Made by a program: the position numbers and the translations under genes. Under the pieces are notes generated by a model. The model worked only from the letters and a program-made list of their open reading frames with translations, was not told the origin of the DNA and made no database searches. Source: Eledone cirrhosa (Eukaryota). From it: a stretch of DNA of 64,000 bases. Where the stretch lies: positions 111,476,001-111,540,000 of the forward strand of contig OZ024745.1 of NCBI GenBank assembly GCA_964016885.1, given 5' to 3'. Every line of letters begins with the position of its first letter. The first letter of the stretch is position 1. Below, one piece after another: positions 59,974 to 64,000 of the stretch.

Positions 59974-60595
59974 CATCATCATCATCATCATCATCAACGT
60001 TTAACGTCCGTGTTCCACGCTTGCATGGGTTTGGACGGGGGTAGTCCCACTTGAGGCAAGAGTGATTGTCTTGCTCGCATAGGACTGTCTGGCAGGTTTT
60101 CTACAGTTGGATGCCCTTCCTAACACCAACCACATTTACAGTGTGGGTCTGGGAGGTTTTTACCGTGTTGCCTACACGGCCACATTACAGCGTGGACTGT
60201 GTGTTTTTTTGTCGTGACACCTACACGATCTCATTTGTTTCGGCCTCGATGGCGCGGCACCAACATAACTTTACATAGAACGGGGTGGTGTGGATCGGGT
60301 GGGGGTGGTGGTGGTGGGACGGGGTGTATTTTGTTAGAGATGCCTACTGGCTGGAGTAGGTTTTACTATATATTTAGGTAAGGCGGGTCTTCTCTGTTAC
60401 TGAGTACCGCCAAAGGTCTCGGTCCAGTGACATTGTCTTGGAGAGGTGTAAGTGTGTGAGGTCGGAATTTATCAGCTCGTCCCAGGTTTTTCTAGGTCTG
60501 CCTATTCCGTGACTACCGTCTATCTTTATTGCCCTGCACTTTGTTATACAGCTATCGACTTTCATGCGCATCACGTGTCCATACCAACGTAGCCT
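59974..60595 (-). mobile_element. RTE LINE 3' fragment
   Basis: RLRWYGHVMRM...GRPRKTWDELI...DRDLWR plus the 3' UTR. Confidence 0.9.
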
Positions 60596-60699
60596 TATAT
60601 GTCACATTTAAAAGATAGAAATGTTTATTTATTTCATTTTGTAACAAAGGTAGTGATAAAAAATATGTTAAGGGTAGTGATAAAAAATATGCCCCAAAA

Positions 60700-61430
60700 A
60701 ATGAAAATTAGACATTTCATTAACCCCCATCCCTATGTATAGCTGAAAAATAGCCATCACCCAAAACACTTGAATCCAGAAGAAAAATGCTCTAGTTTCA
60801 GGAGAAGGCTCACAAAACTATCCTCTAATGACAGGAGGCAAGCTCAACTAAGAATTTGTTACAAATAAGGAAAAATATGTAGCCAGATACACCATTAGAA
60901 GTTTCTTGAAAGAATCCAGAATTCATAATAGATATTGTGCTGACAGAAAGCAATTTCTTAAACTGTTCAAAGAATGGGAATTCAATTACTTTAGGATGTT
61001 ATCTTTTTGTATGAAACAAAGAATTTATTCTTCCCTAAGATAGCCATCATGTGTGCTCAATAAGTACAATAGGAGAAAATCAAGGAAGATTGCCTACAAC
61101 AGACAAGAGTATTTGAAAAAAGGGGTAATTTCATCGGTTAAAGAGTTAGACCACATACTCTCTGAGATGTATCAAGTATAATATCAGTAAGAAAGATATT
61201 TTACACTAGTATCTTTTTCCCTTTATATATGACTTCTTCAGCTTAAATTGGAAATATACCAACATGATATTGTTCCAATTGAGTTAGTCAAATTCCTTCT
61301 ACTTGAACTAGTCAAAAAAGTTCCTTTAATATCATGAGTTCCAGGCATTATTTTGGCCTGGACACTCTTACAGACCTGAACAACTCTATTGAAAATTTAT
61401 GGCAGACCATTAAGTCAAAACTAAATTTAA
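60700..61430 (+). pseudogene. Highly decayed Tc1-family transposase
   Basis: VIFLYETK (cf. VIFSDETK) near 60997 and WPGHS(fs)DLNNSIENLWQTIK (cf. WP..SPDLNPIENLW) at 61354-61415. Confidence 0.7.
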
Positions 61431-61512
61431 GAACTTTTAAATTAACTGTAGAATAGACTCACCCATCTCTTCAGTCACACAAAGGAAATGAATTTGCCTT
61501 GTCCATTGAATT

Positions 61513-61582
<70 letters not shown>

Positions 61583-61934
61583 GATGTATGTATGTTGCCC
61601 TTTCATTAGGTACATTGACCTATCACATTGGGGTGCAATACTCGAATTCATTAATAACATTCTAGAAGCTCATAGTCACATGACAGAAAATTATATAAAA
61701 ACTAGATGAGAGTTGTAAGCTAGTGAGAAATGTTTAATATTTTCCTGAATCCATATGGCTTGGATTTGTCACTTTGCAAATTCTTCCCACCAATATATAT
61801 TTTTTCCCCAACTTTTCTGTTTCTTCAAATAACAAACTTGCAGAATGTAAATGTAAGCATTCACTGAATTCCAAACTTTGCCTGATATGCTTCTCCTCTA
61901 GTCTACAAAAGCCCCCAAAAAGCTATGGGTATAC

Positions 61935-61977
<43 letters not shown>

Positions 61978-64000
61978 ATATAAGCCTAAAAGAGCTATGG
62001 ATATGCATTATTTTCTTCTTGCTCTCCCTCCCCTAGCCTAGGAAATCCTAGAAGAGCTCTGCATTCCTCTCTCTTTCTCTCCATCTCTCTAAAAAAACAA
62101 TGTATGCACCCTTTTCTCTCTCTCTCTTCTCTAGTCTAGGAAAGACTAAAGAGCTCTAGGCATACACCCTTCTCCTTTCTCTCTACCTTTCCTCTAACTA
62201 ATGATTTATAATAAAAAAAAAACAGCAACAAATTATTACATTGCAATGTTATACAACAATACAAACACACACACACATGTATGTACTCATAGCAATATAC
62301 ATATAGAAAGTCATGAATAGCTCCATGTAGATGGATTTTTGCAGGAAATGAGCTCAAACAGACATGCCAAAGCAAATGTGTAAATACACAAACTCTCTCG
62401 CTACTTTCTTTCTCTCTCTCTCCCCATCTTCATATCTTTTCTGTTCTTCTTCCACCTCATCTTTCCAAAAGGATCCAGTTATTTTGGCACAATGCCTGGC
62501 ATTGGCATTATTAAAAGGTGTGGCACCCAATAAGAAACCATAACAATAACATTCTCTAAGTAACCCACCCCCTCTCTAGCAGCCCCACCACCAACACCAC
62601 CACTAACACCACCATCATTATACCAACAAAAAAAAAAAAAAGGAAAAGTCTTACAGGCTTATCACATCTCTTGCAAAAACTTATCTAACTATTATATATA
62701 TGTTGCCCAGCAGAGTATCTTTCTTACAAAGCAACCTTTCAACATCCTATCTAATCTTACACCACATCCTTTCTCCCTCCCCCTTCCCCCACCCCTCTCT
62801 GGTTTCTTCCATGAACTAAACAATTGATTGACTCTTGTTAAAAAGTCTAACCTAAAAACAAAAACAAAATAATAAAGAAATAAATGAAAGGACTGGAGAC
62901 AAATTTCGTGATAAATCAGGTGACTGGCTGGAAGATGGCTAGACTGAGTGAAATTTAGCAGCCAAGAAGGCAGGCTAGTTAAACTGGCCAGTCTGTCAGA
63001 ATCAATAAAGCCTCTTTACACTGCCTGACACTTGTAAGAATAACAGCAGTATATTTTATTCATGAAGATTTAGGACAGATTTATGAATGGAGACACTAAA
63101 ACAACTACCAACAACCAAAGGCCAGAAAGCAGACATATATATTTATATATGTGTGTGAGTGTGTATGTATGCATATGTGTGTGTGTGTATATATATATAT
63201 ATATGTGTTGAAAAAATACACACACACACACACACAAGTACACACATAACTATACATATAGAGGAGTAAAATGATGTCCTGTACAATGTATTTACTGTGT
63301 AAATAAAAAGTTCTCTTAGTATTAGTAAAAAAGAGAAGACTGTGTGTAATACTCCATCAAAGAGAATTTGCAGAAAGAGGGAGAGCAGTTTGATGATGAT
63401 GATGATGATGATGATGCTGAACATGATGACAGTTTTCAAGTTCAATCCTTGTGATGTTTTTAATTAATGAATGCTCTAATTCTGAATGTGTTTACATGAA
63501 GAAAAAGAAATGTGATTGCTTTATGGGTGTCAGTTTAGTTTATTTCTATAAATGTGGAGGCATGGCTGCGTGGTTAAGGAATTTACATTGCAATCACATG
63601 GTTTGTGGTTTGTGGTTCGATCACAATGTGTAGCACCTTCAATAAATGTCTTTTACTAAATCCTCAGGCTGGTTAATGTCTTGTGTGAAATTCAGTAGAC
63701 AGAAACTATGTGAAAACACTATTGTATGTGAGAGAGAGAGGGGGGGGAGAGGGGGAGAGAGAGAGAGAGTGTGTGTGTGTGAATAGAGAGAGAAAGAGAA
63801 GCAATGGAAGAATATGACAAGACTGTGTATATACATATGTGTGTGTGATGAGAGAGAGAAGCAATGAAAGAATATGACAAGAATGTGTGCGTGTGTAAGT
63901 GTACCCATATCTTTGTTTCTGTTCCATAATTTAGAGAGGTTTAACAAAGAGATTAATAAAATAAGTGACAGACTGGAAATATATAGTAGGGCTGATTTGA

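Overview
AT-rich eukaryotic intergenic or intronic DNA with no recognisable host protein-coding exon. The repeat content (huge (TA)n/(CA)n arrays, RTE LINEs with tRNA-headed partner SINEs, Penelope-like elements) resembles a coleoid cephalopod (octopus-like) genome; this is inference. Most ORFs in the track are microsatellite artefacts. Real coding relics are two Penelope-like elements (RT + GIY-YIG), RTE, CR1-group and R4/Dong LINE ends, and mariner and Tc1 transposase fragments. A non-autonomous Helitron and TTAA-targeting MITEs are also present. The main signal is non-coding. At least 8 minimal type I hammerhead ribozyme motifs have an intact core (CUGAnGA...GAAA...NUH) and mostly palindromic stem III loops. 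They come from about 5-6 sequence families, and further decayed copies are present. They sit in short ORF-less elements inserted in (TA)n, many built as long fold-back inverted repeats, and one is a 483-bp terminally redundant unit. This looks like a dense population of Penelope-derived, retrozyme-like self-cleaving elements. All structures were folded by eye and none has been tested for activity.
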